Assembly: GCF_964355755.1 (NCBI RefSeq)
Contig: NC_092674.1
Location: 930,001 to 994,000, forward strand
Direction: 5' to 3'
DNA length: 64,000 nucleotides
Origin: Antedon mediterranea
Lineage: Eukaryota > Animalia > Echinodermata
The position numbers were made by a program, and so were the translations under genes. Positions 63,853 through 64,000 of this stretch are shown piece by piece (the first letter of the stretch is position 1; each line of letters opens with the position of its first letter). The notes under the pieces were generated by a model. It was not told the origin of the DNA. It saw nothing but the letters and a program-made list of their open reading frames with translations, and did no database searches.

Positions 63853-64000
63853 ATATTTTACCTCAACAACATCGCCGCAAAATTGTTTATACGTTTATTT
63901 TGATTGGCTAACTAAAGTACGGTCTAATGAATATTGATATCAGAAGATTCCCTAGCTTAGTGAAAAAGTTTTATTACCAAAAATATGCTGATTACGTCAC

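Overview
AT-rich, intron-rich animal genomic DNA. It looks like an invertebrate deuterostome, possibly an echinoderm; that taxon call is an inference. Five spliced protein-coding genes were reconstructed by hand: the 3' half of a DOCK9/10/11 (zizimin) Cdc42-GEF (+, to 24035), an orphan 582-aa single-pass mucin-like protein with a tyrosine-motif-rich tail (-), AP-1 sigma (+), WDFY2 (+, with a U12-type intron) and MOSPD1 (-). Main observations: (1) ten candidate frame-preserving, phase-symmetric cassette/micro-exons (9-132 nt) in three large DOCK introns that are enriched in Rbfox TGCATG motifs; (2) a decayed 3.57-kb Academ-type transposon whose 3-bp TSD is confirmed by an empty paralogous site in the same window; (3) a 5S-rRNA-headed SINE; (4) an ~8-kb nested foldback structure built from hairpin-containing 101-bp satellite arrays; (5) TAGGCCTA clusters just downstream of housekeeping gene starts; (6) DOCK-AP1S-WDFY-MOSPD linkage mirroring a vertebrate paralogon. 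Many MITEs, SINEs and minisatellites are also present. Most short ORFs in the supplied track are exon fragments or spurious.
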